Shown here in pieces: positions 22,153 through 33,232 of a stretch of 44,209 bases of DNA. The translations under genes were made by a program, and so were the position numbers. The stretch's first letter is position 1. Every line of letters begins with the position of its first letter. Below the pieces are notes generated by a model that was given only the letters and a program-made list of their open reading frames with translations, had not been told where the DNA came from and made no database searches. Location: the IMG/VR virus record IMGVR_UViG_3300005662_000076, positions 1-44,209 of that record; one strand, given 5' to 3'. Origin of the DNA: a virus. Taxonomy: Duplodnaviria > Caudoviricetes.

Positions 22153-25100
22153 TTAGAAATTTCCTCCGCAACTATCAGTGAATGATGTTGCTACAGGAAT
22201 TGTGCTATCTCTTATCTCACCATCTAGAGAAGAAAGAGTTACTGAAGCAGTTCCGATGAACCTAGTAGTATAAGTATCCATTTCACTATCACTTGGCGGT
22301 CTCCTTTTATATGTGTTGAATGCTGTAACGATGGTATCAATTACGTTATCCCAAGTTATGGCGGAAGATGGGGATGATTGATAAAATACGGCTGCTCCTC
22401 CTCTACCAGAAGAGGAATTTGCGGCAAATGTGTTAGGTGGCAATCCTGGAAAATTGCTTAATCCAGATCCTCCGGAACCACCACCATTACTGCCTTGAAG
22501 TCCAAATCCAGTATTGCCACTATTACTTTGACCATTATTGGCAGTCAAATTTATCCCACCATTGGGGTTCTCAGTAAAGATCACTCCTCCACCAGTTCCA
22601 CCACCACCATTATTACCACTTGCAGGTTGTCCTGCAGTTCCTCCTGTCGGACTTGTGGTTCCTCCAGTTTTACCAGAAGAATTGCCTCCGGGAGTTACGG
22701 TGCCGGAACCTAAAGTAATTGTACCTCCTCCGCCGGCGCCGCCGATATTGCCAGATTGTCCACCGAGAGCTCTCACGGCCTCAGAACCACCTACTAGTAT
22801 TCTGGAAGAAGCTCCATTGCCAGGCCCACCAGATGCGGCCACTTCAACTGTAACGCTTTGTCCTCCTGAAACTGGCACTGTTGCCTGAACAGTTCCTCCA
22901 GCTCCTCCACCTTTAGCATTTCCACCAGCACCTCCACCACCAACTAAGGCAACTTGTATTGATGTGACGCCATTGGGTATACTAGGTATAGAGGTAGTTG
23001 TATACGCTTTTGCTCCTGTAACGCCAGCTCTGGCCTGGGTTCCACCACCAATCTTGGATGTATATAAGTTTAGAGATTGTGAATTTGGTTGTACGGTTGC
23101 CGCCTTAAAGTTTACGGTAACTGCATTATTAGCATAAAATTTTTGATTCGTTGGAACACTACAAGCAGTTGTTCTTGATGTAAATGAACTTGATTGAGTT
23201 CCAATATTAAGTGTTCCGCTGACCAGAGTGTCTTGATTTGAACTATTAGTTATAAAAACTCTGATAACATCGCCATTTTTTACATTTGCCGTAGTCACCC
23301 TACCACCATTATTGACAGTAAATCCAGAAGCTTGTCCTGATATAGATGCGCTAACAGTGGTATTTGCTGTTAATCCAGAGACACTAACTGAAGAATTTGT
23401 GCTAGATTGGGCCGTAGCACTAACCTCCGCACCTTTGTTTTGGGATGTAAAACTAGATGGTGACAATGAAAAAGAATCTGGAGTAGTATCTTCAGTAACT
23501 GAAACGGTAACTGAATTTGATACTGTAGGTGAAGTTGCGGCGTTTGATGCCGAAGGATTACTCCTAACTGTTATTGAATAAGTTTGATTACCTAAACTTG
23601 TTGGAGTTACTGGAACATTAGATCCACTTAATTGTGTTGATGTTAAAGAAAATCCTTGACCGCTACTTGTTACAACCTCCGTCGCATTAACAGAAGACCA
23701 AGTTAACCTTGTAGATTGTCCAATTGTTATTGAAGTTGGAGATGCTGATATTGTAACTGATGCTGGAGTAGTATCCTGAACTGTATTGATTGTCCAAGTA
23801 GCACTATATGTTTTATTTGGAAGAACTCCAGTCGATGAGTTAGAAACTGTGACGGTGGCAACTGTTGATGCCCCAAAAGATGCTGAAGATGTAACCCTAA
23901 GTGTTACCACTGTTCCTGGAGAAACTGATAAATTGTTTCCAAATGTTTGACCGCCATCAACAGAAAGAGATCCCAAATTGGTACTTACTACCATCCCACA
24001 ATCAGACTGAAAACCACCCACAGTAAATGTGGTTGTTTGTGCTGTACTCCTAGGTGCATTACTTACGGTTGGAAGCGTAAACTCGGTAATATCACAACTT
24101 CTTACCGCTGATGTTACACTCCACACATCATCCCTAAATCCAGTTGTTCCAGTAATAACTAAATTTGTATCAATACCATCAACTCTAAATGTTGCTGTTC
24201 TAGTAATATTTGGTTCTGAAGATGCTGTGATTCTTAACTTGATTTTATCCCCATTTCTAACAGGATAAGTCCCTATCCCAGTGTAATTTCTAAGAACTTG
24301 AGTTCCTCTGGTTACTTGGAACTGAGCATTTCCGCCATTAGTTCCAGTAGTTAATGATGCAACTCCCTCATCAGTAAAAGTTGACATTCCAACCAAAGTA
24401 ATTTCATTACTATCTACAGTAGATCCTCTCGTTTGGGAAGGTATATCTGTAAATGTGAAAGGATCTGGAATAGTATCAATAGGTCTTGGGCGAGTCGTAA
24501 CTATGAATCTTCCCGCAAAACTAGAAACTGTGACAATTCCAACTTTAGTTTCAGAAAAATTACCTGATGTTGTTATTCTTGCGGTTAATCTATCTCCATT
24601 AAAAACTATCGCATTTGCGGTGCTGAAAGGTCTTCTAATACTAAATCCACCACCAGCTGCTGGTTGTTCGACTCTCAATTCACATCCAGTTACTGCGGTT
24701 ACAAGAGATATTCCTTGGTCTGCTCCAGTTATCGTAGTAACTATACCCGAAGTATTAACAGAAAATGCTTCATAAACTGATGAAACTAAGGCATTATTAA
24801 TGTCATTAAAATCAAAAGGATCAATGAATAAATCAACATCTCTGGATGAAACTGACCAAGAAGTTGAATAAGATCCAACTCTAACTGTTGTGCTATTAGT
24901 TTTTGTTCCAGATCCAGTTGGAAAGTTTGAATATTCAAATGGGGAAATGAGTCTTAGATAAATTCTATCTCCATTTACAACACTTACAGATGGAACTCCA
25001 GTTCCACCGTTCTTAATTATTTGACCAGATCCAGAAGTAATGTCTGCTGGGAATGAGAAACCAGATTCAAGACCAGATACAGTTATTTCATTACTAGTAT

Positions 25101-25539
25101 ACCCAACACCAATTTCTCCATTTGTTTGATTTATAAACGTAAATGGTGTGGGATCAACATCTACTATTTTAGTTCTAACTTCCCATGAAGCAGTTTTTTT
25201 ACCCACACTAACATTAGCCGAATATAACTTATTAAAATCAGTTAATTGACCTGAAGTTGAGGGTATTCTTACAGATAATGTCTGGTTATTAAATATAAAA
25301 ACTGGAGATGCCTCTGTTGGGATTACATAGGATCCACCATTAACTGAAACTGATGCCCCAGTAGAAACTCTTACAAGTGCTCTATTGTTTATACCAGTGA
25401 TTGTTACTTGATTTGAAGTAAATAAATCTCCCGGTATAGCGTCTGTTTGATTTGTAAAGGAGAAATCATTTGGGAAATCATCAATAGTTCCCCTATACGC
25501 ATATTCAGAAGAACCGCCGTAAGAACCTAATAATGGCAT
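22153..25539 (-). CDS. virion fibre/adhesin with Ig-like beta-sandwich repeats and a Gly-rich domain
   Basis: about 7 modules starting D-x-x-P-x-x-F-x-F; S/T/V/G-rich; GGGGAGG Gly-rich C-terminal domain. Confidence 0.75.
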   Translation of the reverse strand: MPLLGSYGGSSEYAYRGTIDDFPNDFSFTNQTDAIPGDLFTSNQVTITGINNRALVRVSTGASVSVNGGSYVIPTEASPVFIFNNQTLSVRIPSTSGQLTDFNKLYSANVSVGKKTASWEVRTKIVDVDPTPFTFINQTNGEIGVGYTSNEITVSGLESGFSFPADITSGSGQIIKNGGTGVPSVSVVNGDRIYLRLISPFEYSNFPTGSGTKTNSTTVRVGSYSTSWSVSSRDVDLFIDPFDFNDINNALVSSVYEAFSVNTSGIVTTITGADQGISLVTAVTGCELRVEQPAAGGGFSIRRPFSTANAIVFNGDRLTARITTSGNFSETKVGIVTVSSFAGRFIVTTRPRPIDTIPDPFTFTDIPSQTRGSTVDSNEITLVGMSTFTDEGVASLTTGTNGGNAQFQVTRGTQVLRNYTGIGTYPVRNGDKIKLRITASSEPNITRTATFRVDGIDTNLVITGTTGFRDDVWSVTSAVRSCDITEFTLPTVSNAPRSTAQTTTFTVGGFQSDCGMVVSTNLGSLSVDGGQTFGNNLSVSPGTVVTLRVTSSASFGASTVATVTVSNSSTGVLPNKTYSATWTINTVQDTTPASVTISASPTSITIGQSTRLTWSSVNATEVVTSSGQGFSLTSTQLSGSNVPVTPTSLGNQTYSITVRSNPSASNAATSPTVSNSVTVSVTEDTTPDSFSLSPSSFTSQNKGAEVSATAQSSTNSSVSVSGLTANTTVSASISGQASGFTVNNGGRVTTANVKNGDVIRVFITNSSNQDTLVSGTLNIGTQSSSFTSRTTACSVPTNQKFYANNAVTVNFKAATVQPNSQSLNLYTSKIGGGTQARAGVTGAKAYTTTSIPSIPNGVTSIQVALVGGGGAGGNAKGGGAGGTVQATVPVSGGQSVTVEVAASGGPGNGASSRILVGGSEAVRALGGQSGNIGGAGGGGTITLGSGTVTPGGNSSGKTGGTTSPTGGTAGQPASGNNGGGGTGGGVIFTENPNGGINLTANNGQSNSGNTGFGLQGSNGGGSGGSGLSNFPGLPPNTFAANSSSGRGGAAVFYQSSPSSAITWDNVIDTIVTAFNTYKRRPPSDSEMDTYTTRFIGTASVTLSSLDGEIRDSTIPVATSFTDSCGGNF

Positions 25540-25556
25540 CAGTTTTACCTCCTAAA

Positions 25557-28500
25557 TTATGAATACTGAGACTGTGAATAAAGAATAGTAAAGTCAGCGG
25601 ATGGATTTCCTGTCGAATCTTTTCTAATTACAACATAAGTATACGAATCCAAACTATTCGCATTTCCTGATGTAATTGCAGATCCTCCATAATATTTTGG
25701 AGTTATAGAAACACTATCAATTTTAACTGAGTTATTATAATATGGTGTAGCACCTTGAGTTGTTAGAACAGCAACTGTCATAGATTCACCCTTGCTCAAG
25801 AAACTTGTCAGTGCTAGTCCAACTCCACCTCTGAAGTTTAGCGACCAATTTCCGGTGGCATTATTTGTGAAGTAATAAACATTATTATCGCCAAGATCAA
25901 TATTAACATCAGATCCTGTAGTTAATATTGAAGTGCTAATGGTTGCTTTTTCAATGATCTCATAAACTCTCAGAGAACCATTGAAGGCAGCACTTCCTTC
26001 AACATATAAACCAAATCCTGCCCTAGCACTAGTAGTACCAACACCGACTGGTGTAGTTGTGTGAACACCAACTGCATCGCCTTCCCAAACATCTGAAACA
26101 TTAAAGAGTCCAGATCCATCACCGTATATGACACCATTAACATTGAGTGCATAAGATGGGTTTGGTGTAGTATTGATTGCAACATTTCCCGTATTATTGA
26201 TGTAGAATGAACTGGTAGCACTTCCAACTTGTAGTAAGTAATTATTTGGACTTGTTACACCAATTCCAATTTTGTCAAATACTTGAACATTAGCATCCTT
26301 CTCAACACTAATATATCCAAAGGGATACCAGTGATTCTTTCCAGTGAAGACCCATCCAATATTATCACCCGCTGTTGGATCTGATCTAAATGTTACATCG
26401 CCAGGGTTTGATGAATCTGATGGAGTTGATATGCCAACAGTGTATTTTCTCGAAATTCTTGCATCACCTTGTAAGAATAGAGAATGAGATTCTATTCCCT
26501 TTGGAGAATTTGATGTGATCTTGTTATTAAAGATAACTGGTCCACCAAATTCTGAAATGATAGTCTTATCGGGCCCACCTTCAACTCTAATTGATCTACT
26601 TACTGAAACTTCTAGTGGTGAAATAACATCAAATCCAATGGAAGAATCTGTCTCTACAATTTCTTCCCCAGTTGTGGTAGGAATTGGAGTATCAAAGACT
26701 TCTTCTTGACCAGTTGAAGAATTAATTTTCTTATTTCCAATATAATAATCACCATCACTATTGATTCCATTGAAAACAATAGTTCCACCAGAATCTTTCT
26801 TAGATATTGATAAGAGTTCTTCTTGATCGCTTATTTGCCTATCCTGCTTATCTGGGAATGCTGTTGAATAGTTTCCTGGTCCATATCCAACATATTCAAA
26901 TGTATGTCCAGATGCTCTTACGATTGTATTTCTTCTAAATTCAACTGGATAAACATTAATTCTCTTTACTACAGATCCAGTAACGTGAGTACCTCTTTTT
27001 GTTCCCAGAATGCCTCTAAAGACTTTTATTGGAGAACCTAATGTGGTTGGAACTTGTCTAGAAATTCTCATAATTTCATCATCAATAATGAGGAAATCCC
27101 CAATATTAAAATCATAATTTGTTAGGTTAGAGATGAAAACTTCATCTGTAGTTAAGTTAGAAATTTCTGTAGAAAGCGTTGCTGTTATGTTTCCATAAAC
27201 AGTTATCATTCTACCATCAGTATTTTCATTATCTTGGTTTATAGAACCACTTCTAGAATTAAATCCTTCATAGTTCGCAACGATTGTTCCAGATGTTCCA
27301 ACTACTGTTGCTGAAGTTCCAACATTAACAACGAATGTTGAAAGACCAACGATTCTATCAATAATAAATGAATTATTGAACAATGAATTATCAGCACCAG
27401 AAAGAATAACTCTATTATCCTTTCTTAAACCGTGAGCATTTGAAGTTATGACAGTAGCAATACCACTTACATTATCATATGTAAAGGTAGATACTGATTG
27501 TGATTTTCCTGTCAGTGCTATCTGAGATCTACTTAGAATGGAAGAACTAATTCCACCAGTCGCGGGAGAAGATATTGGGTTTACAGATACTGCTTGTATT
27601 ATTTTTGGAGTAGTGGATGGTACTGAAGTAATTCTATAAACTCCATTATATTGAGAATAATTTTTATCTCTAATCCCACTTAAAGCAAAATTATCTCCAA
27701 CATTATCATTAATTTGTGCAATAGAAACAACACCTCTGAAGTGATTTGTGGTTGTTGCTATTCCAACGATCGCAAATGTATTTCCTATTCCATAGGAGTT
27801 TCCTCCATCCATTATCTTAACATCTGTTATTTGTCCAGATCCATTAACAGTAACTCTTGCGGTTGCGTTTTCACCAGTTCCTCCACCAGTTTCACTTACC
27901 AGTTTTGCATTATACAATACTTGGGTTGCACCTATGCCAGTTCCATAATTTGAACCGGAACTTACAATTGAAACACTAACTGCACGATTCAGTCCGTGAT
28001 CAATTTTTGAATAAAATGTATGAACTGTTCCCTGAGCGTTTGATACAATATTTGTAACTGCAATTCCTACACCAAAATCTTTTAGGTTTGATTCAAGTGT
28101 TTCTCTTGTAAGAGATGTGTGTGGATCATTAATAACTACTTGTCCAATCAAACTAGATACAGCACTAGATGCAGCTGGTTCTGGATCACCTATTGGTTCA
28201 TCTCTGTTTGATTGTGGATACAGATATTGGATTGGTTGTGAGAATTTAAGTGAACTAAATTCTTCCGCTGATGGTGAATTGGATGCGTTTACCAAGGTTA
28301 AGTGGTAAATACCATCTTTCTCACCTTTAATGTATTTTTGAGTTTCTTCTGCTTTGTATATTGAATAAATTCCACTCAATTTTCTTCTGGAAACTCTTGG
28401 TAATGACGTTGTTCTTAATGAAGTATCACTTGTGAATGTTCCTGGATTAGTTGTTAATTCATAGGCAAATTCTTTTCTAGAAATAATAGAAGTTACTGTA

Positions 28501-31181
28501 AACTTCCCATTGAACCCTTGGTTTTCAGATCCATCAGTATTAAGAGTGCTTCTAATGTTGTATAGTTCTACACTGTCACCGACTGAGAAATTGTGGGGAA
28601 GTTCCGTTCTTATTGTCGCAAAATTTGAAGACCAAGTTGCATCCGCAACAAGTTTGAAATTTCTAAGTTCCGATAGATCAGAAAGATCGACCGTTAAGGT
28701 ACTAAAATATTTTTGAATTTCTGTTGTTGTACTTCCGATAGTGGAATTTGATTCTTGGACGATAAATCCTTCTACAGGAGGTCTGGAAGTAATTGATGAG
28801 CTGGATGGAATAACATATCTAACTCTATAAATCGTATCAAGTAGATTCCTTGTGTCTGGTTTTCTAATAATGAAAGTTCTTGGAGTCGCAGTACCTAGGT
28901 AACCAGTTCCGAATTGAACAAGTGCATTATAAATCGTGTTTACAGTAGGAGAAACATTTAAATACCACTGGTTAACAGAACTATCCCAAACAATTGGATG
29001 TCCAGATTCTCCAGGAATTTTATCGGATACTCTACTTACAACCTTCAGAACTCCACCTCTGTTGTTAATTTGAACTGCTCTATCATTCAAAGCATCATTA
29101 AAAGTTTGTGCTAATTTAATCTGACTTGAATTAGTGAAATCATCAGAAGTTGTGATTGCATAATAAACTTGATTTGGGGTAATTCCATCGGGCAGTTCTC
29201 CATTATCACTAATTACCCTAATTTTTTCACCATTAATAAATGTATTTGTAGATTCTAGCGTAATAGTATATGTGCTTGTATTGATATTGTTTGAAGATCC
29301 CGATCTAGCGACATAATTTATTTTTTCTCTTGTTGCCTCGCTACCAGTTCCCTGAGTGTTTGGTATAATAATTCTGGCAGAATATGTTGATGATATACCT
29401 GCAACTGGGATATTTACATTCAGAGTATCATTTCTTTTCGCACCAATTCTATATCCATCTATTATATAAGGTGGAATGACATTTTGGTTTGTTTCATTAT
29501 AAAGATATAATCTTGTGCTATTTGCAACTCCAACAGTGGTTAGAACGTCGATAGATCCAAATTCTGTTGTTATTTCTGTAGTATCTGGAATTCTTGGTGG
29601 TATAACGTGAGTTATGTATCCAACATCATCTCTTAAGAATGCTTCATCTCTAAATCCAGATGAGAATATGGATGTATTACCGAAGTTGGAGTTTGAGTTA
29701 GTGATTGAGAAATCGCCGCCACTGTCAGCGTAAAAATGTTTTGCGTATCCGATAGCAAAAACGGAAACGATTTGAATGAATGAATTATTACTTGCTCTAA
29801 TGTGCCAGTTTTCATATGATGGTCTATAAATTGCTCTGGAATCTGTATTTAAGTTTGAATTTCCTGGAGAGTTCTTTCCCTCATAAGTTCCAGTATCAGA
29901 ATTATACTTTATAAAGGCATTGGGATCTTTCTGTAAGCTGATTCCAGTAAATTGGGCAACAACCATAGACTTAAATCCTGTTGCCTTGGCACCATCTGCC
30001 CACATTCCACACATACCAAATACGGATCTCAGAGATACGCTGTAAACATATGGTGATGCTGATGTTACAGTATCAACAACAACACTTGCAGTTGCTCCAC
30101 CCAATGATGTTGGTTGTGGATTTGATGGTGGATTTTGTACTTTATATTGTAATTCTGTTTCACCATTAACAGCAGATATTATAAATTGTCCATTGTAACC
30201 AGACGGACCAATCCCTTGTATTTGAATGGGAGTATCTACAGATAAATCTGGTATTGCTTCTGATAGAGTTGCAGTGATTACATTTGATGTAATTGCTCCA
30301 TCACCAGCCTTAATTGAAGTAATTCCAACCTCAACTCCCTGAGAACCAACAATTCTATATTCATCAACTTTTGCTTGAATATCTATTGGGTTTGTTGGAT
30401 AATCTGGGAAGATTTCTCTTCCACTGGATTGTCCATATGCCAAACCAACTTTTTCATAATACATATCCAGATCTGTTCTGGTAGTTGAATATGTCTGGAA
30501 TTCATCATCAATAACAACTGGATTTACTCCATCTGCATATTCAAAAACAGTTAATTTATGGTGAGAAAAGTTAGGTACAAATAAGTTTGAAGTATAATCT
30601 TTAAAAGCAGTTCCTGATGGACTGGCATCAAAAACGCTGAAATTGTTCAGGAAACAAGCACCGGTTAATCTGAAGATAGCAGATCTTTCAATGTTAACAT
30701 TTTCTGGATCTGGAACATATTTTGGTTTTACTTTTGTTTTTCTTAGGTCTATTCCAACAATAGAAACACCACGAGGAACAATTACTCCACCACGAATACT
30801 ATTCAGTTTATATAATGCATTTCCTGTGGAATTGATATTGAAATTTGTATCTAAGTTAAACTCCGTGAAAAGATTGGACGTTGTGCCATCTCTTAGACGG
30901 AAGTTACTTGAACCATCGGGAATCCAACCAGGTCTGTTATCAATGATGTGCTCACCTGGATATAGGAGAATAGTAGTTTTTTCAAACCTATCATTTCTAT
31001 CCCCACCCTGATAGGAAAATCTAGCAGCCTCTATCAGTGCTCTTTGGAGAGTTTTGAATGGTCTTGTTAATGAATTGCCCTTATTCTCTATACTATCTGT
31101 GGAGTCAATACTTGAAGGATCAACGTAGAGTATTTCTCCCTTTGTGCTCTTTAGAAAATTATCTAATCTAGAAAGACCCAT
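25557..31181 (-). CDS. large virion structural/tail-spike protein (1874 aa)
   Basis: MGLSRLDNFLK...GNSLTRPFKTLQRA N-terminus of cyanomyovirus type; beta-helix-like region; late promoter upstream. Confidence 0.8.
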   Translation of the reverse strand: MGLSRLDNFLKSTKGEILYVDPSSIDSTDSIENKGNSLTRPFKTLQRALIEAARFSYQGGDRNDRFEKTTILLYPGEHIIDNRPGWIPDGSSNFRLRDGTTSNLFTEFNLDTNFNINSTGNALYKLNSIRGGVIVPRGVSIVGIDLRKTKVKPKYVPDPENVNIERSAIFRLTGACFLNNFSVFDASPSGTAFKDYTSNLFVPNFSHHKLTVFEYADGVNPVVIDDEFQTYSTTRTDLDMYYEKVGLAYGQSSGREIFPDYPTNPIDIQAKVDEYRIVGSQGVEVGITSIKAGDGAITSNVITATLSEAIPDLSVDTPIQIQGIGPSGYNGQFIISAVNGETELQYKVQNPPSNPQPTSLGGATASVVVDTVTSASPYVYSVSLRSVFGMCGMWADGAKATGFKSMVVAQFTGISLQKDPNAFIKYNSDTGTYEGKNSPGNSNLNTDSRAIYRPSYENWHIRASNNSFIQIVSVFAIGYAKHFYADSGGDFSITNSNSNFGNTSIFSSGFRDEAFLRDDVGYITHVIPPRIPDTTEITTEFGSIDVLTTVGVANSTRLYLYNETNQNVIPPYIIDGYRIGAKRNDTLNVNIPVAGISSTYSARIIIPNTQGTGSEATREKINYVARSGSSNNINTSTYTITLESTNTFINGEKIRVISDNGELPDGITPNQVYYAITTSDDFTNSSQIKLAQTFNDALNDRAVQINNRGGVLKVVSRVSDKIPGESGHPIVWDSSVNQWYLNVSPTVNTIYNALVQFGTGYLGTATPRTFIIRKPDTRNLLDTIYRVRYVIPSSSSITSRPPVEGFIVQESNSTIGSTTTEIQKYFSTLTVDLSDLSELRNFKLVADATWSSNFATIRTELPHNFSVGDSVELYNIRSTLNTDGSENQGFNGKFTVTSIISRKEFAYELTTNPGTFTSDTSLRTTSLPRVSRRKLSGIYSIYKAEETQKYIKGEKDGIYHLTLVNASNSPSAEEFSSLKFSQPIQYLYPQSNRDEPIGDPEPAASSAVSSLIGQVVINDPHTSLTRETLESNLKDFGVGIAVTNIVSNAQGTVHTFYSKIDHGLNRAVSVSIVSSGSNYGTGIGATQVLYNAKLVSETGGGTGENATARVTVNGSGQITDVKIMDGGNSYGIGNTFAIVGIATTTNHFRGVVSIAQINDNVGDNFALSGIRDKNYSQYNGVYRITSVPSTTPKIIQAVSVNPISSPATGGISSSILSRSQIALTGKSQSVSTFTYDNVSGIATVITSNAHGLRKDNRVILSGADNSLFNNSFIIDRIVGLSTFVVNVGTSATVVGTSGTIVANYEGFNSRSGSINQDNENTDGRMITVYGNITATLSTEISNLTTDEVFISNLTNYDFNIGDFLIIDDEIMRISRQVPTTLGSPIKVFRGILGTKRGTHVTGSVVKRINVYPVEFRRNTIVRASGHTFEYVGYGPGNYSTAFPDKQDRQISDQEELLSISKKDSGGTIVFNGINSDGDYYIGNKKINSSTGQEEVFDTPIPTTTGEEIVETDSSIGFDVISPLEVSVSRSIRVEGGPDKTIISEFGGPVIFNNKITSNSPKGIESHSLFLQGDARISRKYTVGISTPSDSSNPGDVTFRSDPTAGDNIGWVFTGKNHWYPFGYISVEKDANVQVFDKIGIGVTSPNNYLLQVGSATSSFYINNTGNVAINTTPNPSYALNVNGVIYGDGSGLFNVSDVWEGDAVGVHTTTPVGVGTTSARAGFGLYVEGSAAFNGSLRVYEIIEKATISTSILTTGSDVNIDLGDNNVYYFTNNATGNWSLNFRGGVGLALTSFLSKGESMTVAVLTTQGATPYYNNSVKIDSVSITPKYYGGSAITSGNANSLDSYTYVVIRKDSTGNPSADFTILYSQSQYS

Positions 31182-31211
31182 TTTATTAACACTTGTAGTT
31201 CCGTTATAAGT

Positions 31212-31218
31212 TATTTAT
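31212..31218 (-). promoter_or_regulatory. T4-type late promoter core
   Basis: ATAAATA 30 nt upstream of ATG 31181. Confidence 0.7.
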
Positions 31219-31225
31219 CAACAAC

Positions 31226-31251
31226 AAAACCCCCAATTTCTCGGAGGTTTA
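31226..31251 (-). terminator. putative terminator after the Mom-like gene
   Basis: minus strand AAAACCTCC...GGGGGTTTT stem with T-tract. Confidence 0.55.
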
Positions 31252-31869
31252 CCATTGTTCTTTTTCCCATTTCAACTTTTTTTCAAGTTCTTTATCAAAG
31301 ATCATCAAGTACCTATGTTTTCTTGTTCTTTCTCTCCATTCACCTTCTTGCCCCTTTATAGGACCTCTAGAATGTTTAATAAATGATTCATCGGGTTGTT
31401 TAATCCAGAAGTCTGATTTCTTATCGGTCAGACCGTAGTATTGAAAATTGCAAGCTCTGTATATAACTCCAGTGTGGTGACCAGAGTCAGCGTAACTAAG
31501 AATAGCACGAACTGAGGCATCTTTCTTAAATCTCCTAATGCAACGACTTACGAACCAGGATGTGATGTTGTATTCTTCTTTTTGTAAATCTGGGTGTATG
31601 CAAAGTCTGGATAATTCATATATTCCCTCTTGTTGGTTTCTTTCTAAACCAAAAGCACCGACTGCTATTTCTGGGACGGGCAGGCCAGTAAAGACACAAG
31701 CACCCAGGCAACCACCAACCCTAAGAATGTCAGAAACCGAGGATCTGAAAAGCCCATAGTTGAAACCAGATTTAAAATCTTTAGATTCGTCTTTAAGATA
31801 ATGATGGGTATAAAGAAGATTTTTGATGTCTTCCTTACCTACCCTATCTATGTAAAAATCTGATTTCAT
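31249..31869 (-). CDS. Mom-like GNAT-fold DNA adenine-modification protein
   Basis: HHYL, YELSRLC, SWFVSRCIR, ILSYAD, HTGVIYRACNFQYYG, KHRY. Confidence 0.8.
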   Translation of the reverse strand: MKSDFYIDRVGKEDIKNLLYTHHYLKDESKDFKSGFNYGLFRSSVSDILRVGGCLGACVFTGLPVPEIAVGAFGLERNQQEGIYELSRLCIHPDLQKEEYNITSWFVSRCIRRFKKDASVRAILSYADSGHHTGVIYRACNFQYYGLTDKKSDFWIKQPDESFIKHSRGPIKGQEGEWRERTRKHRYLMIFDKELEKKLKWEKEQW

Positions 31870-31879
31870 TTAAGTATTT

Positions 31880-32053
31880 TTACTCACTTTGTTTGCATTC
31901 TAACATATATTCTACGGTAGTTGCAACATCATTCATTGCATCACGAAGAAATGGTTGTTGTCCCGATTCTTGCCTAACAACTGGGCGAGAATTGTCAGTG
32001 AGAGTCCATCGCCACTGTTTCATTGATTCACAATACCAAAGATTGATTTTCAT
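31880..32053 (-). CDS. hypothetical protein (57 aa)
   Basis: hand-translated MKINLWYCESMKQWRWTLTDNSRP...LRDAMNDVATTVEY. Confidence 0.7.
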   Translation of the reverse strand: MKINLWYCESMKQWRWTLTDNSRPVVRQESGQQPFLRDAMNDVATTVEYMLECKQSE

Positions 32054-32065
32054 TTTTATAAATTT

Positions 32066-32692
32066 CTAATTTGAATGATTTACGTTAGAATGACCCATAA
32101 ATTGAGACATGCAAACTCTACCCAATTTTTTTCCCATATCTTCTGGATTCATTTTTACTTCAGAAACTTCATGATCAACACATGAAGGGAAAAGTATAAG
32201 TGAATTGTCTTCTACTTCTATTTTTAAATTGAAGTTTGGAAAAATTAAATCACCACCAGAAAATTTTTTAGGTTTTTTGAAAAACCAAGTCAAGCAAGTA
32301 AATGATGAAATGTCGTAATGTTTTTTATAGTGATCTGAATTTTCATAATATGAAATTAACGTAGTATCCCAATTGATACATCGTAAACTATTATTAAAAA
32401 TCCCAAAATCATATTCATTTATTATGTTTACGATTGTCAAAAAAATATTTCTGTTTATAGTTAAAATATTTGAAGTATTTCTGTCCAAATATAGATTATC
32501 CAAAAAAATTCCTTTGTTCTGTTTTAGAATAATTCCATCCTGAATTGCTGTTCCAGTTTTTTCTGGACCATCTATTATACGATAATTTAGGATAAATTCT
32601 AGTTCTTCCCATATTAATTTTAATTCTTCATCTGAATAAAAATCAAAAATTCTAATATATGGAAATGGATCAATATGAATATCAATTTCCAT
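32066..32692 (-). CDS. 2OG-Fe(II) oxygenase
   Basis: YKKHYD, FSGGDL, FPSCVDHEV, GRVCM. Confidence 0.88.
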   Translation of the reverse strand: MEIDIHIDPFPYIRIFDFYSDEELKLIWEELEFILNYRIIDGPEKTGTAIQDGIILKQNKGIFLDNLYLDRNTSNILTINRNIFLTIVNIINEYDFGIFNNSLRCINWDTTLISYYENSDHYKKHYDISSFTCLTWFFKKPKKFSGGDLIFPNFNLKIEVEDNSLILFPSCVDHEVSEVKMNPEDMGKKLGRVCMSQFMGHSNVNHSN

Positions 32693-32843
32693 GTTTGAAA
32701 TATTCTAACTCAATCCAGTTAAGAAGTGTTTGGTAATCAGTGACTGAAAAATTTGAAGAACTGGTATCCTCCTTAAGTTTTTGAACATAATATTCAAGTG
32801 CTTCAATGACCATTTGGCGGTCTGTTTGTGAAATAAGTGACAT
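32682..32843 (-). CDS. hypothetical protein (53 aa)
   Basis: hand-translated MSLISQTDRQMVIEALEYYVQKLKED...YQTLLNWIELE. Confidence 0.7.
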   Translation of the reverse strand: MSLISQTDRQMVIEALEYYVQKLKEDTSSSNFSVTDYQTLLNWIELEYFKHGN

Positions 32844-32865
32844 TTTGGAGTTTTATGGAACTCAG

Positions 32866-32937
32866 AGCCCCCGATCTGATTCGAACAGACGACCAATGGT
32901 TTACAAAACCATTGCTCTACCACTGAGCTACAAGGGC
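32866..32937 (-). tRNA. trnT: tRNA-Thr(UGU), CCA not encoded
   Basis: GCCCTTG acceptor, TAGCTCAGTGGTAGAGC D-arm, ATGGT-TTTGTAA-ACCAT anticodon arm, GTTCGAATC T-loop. Confidence 0.95.
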
Positions 32938-32938
32938 A

Positions 32939-33208
32939 TTAATCAACAGGCAACATTTCTGGATTTTCCAGTTCAACGTCAAACATAAGAGGATGGCACT
33001 CCTCATCAATCAAATAGAATGATGATTTGTATAAATCTTCTGGTTCAAAGCGTCTTTCATTGTCTGCTAGTTCAATAAGTTCTAGATCGTACATAAGACT
33101 ATCATGAACATCATCAAAAGTAAAGGGAATCTGATTTATGAAGTACATGAGGACTAATTGTGATCCTTTATTGTACCAAACGTATCTAGTATCAATTCTA
33201 TACTTCAT
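32939..33208 (-). CDS. conserved acidic hypothetical protein
   Basis: ORF track; ATAAATA at 33230-33236. Confidence 0.8.
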   Translation of the reverse strand: MKYRIDTRYVWYNKGSQLVLMYFINQIPFTFDDVHDSLMYDLELIELADNERRFEPEDLYKSSFYLIDEECHPLMFDVELENPEMLPVD

Positions 33209-33232
33209 AGAATCAGTCCCACCTTTATGTAT

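Noticed and set aside
32705-32988. ORFs 32705..32923 (-) and 32806..32988 (+)
   Set aside because: They overlap tRNA-Thr; a better 53-aa ORF exists at 32682..32843
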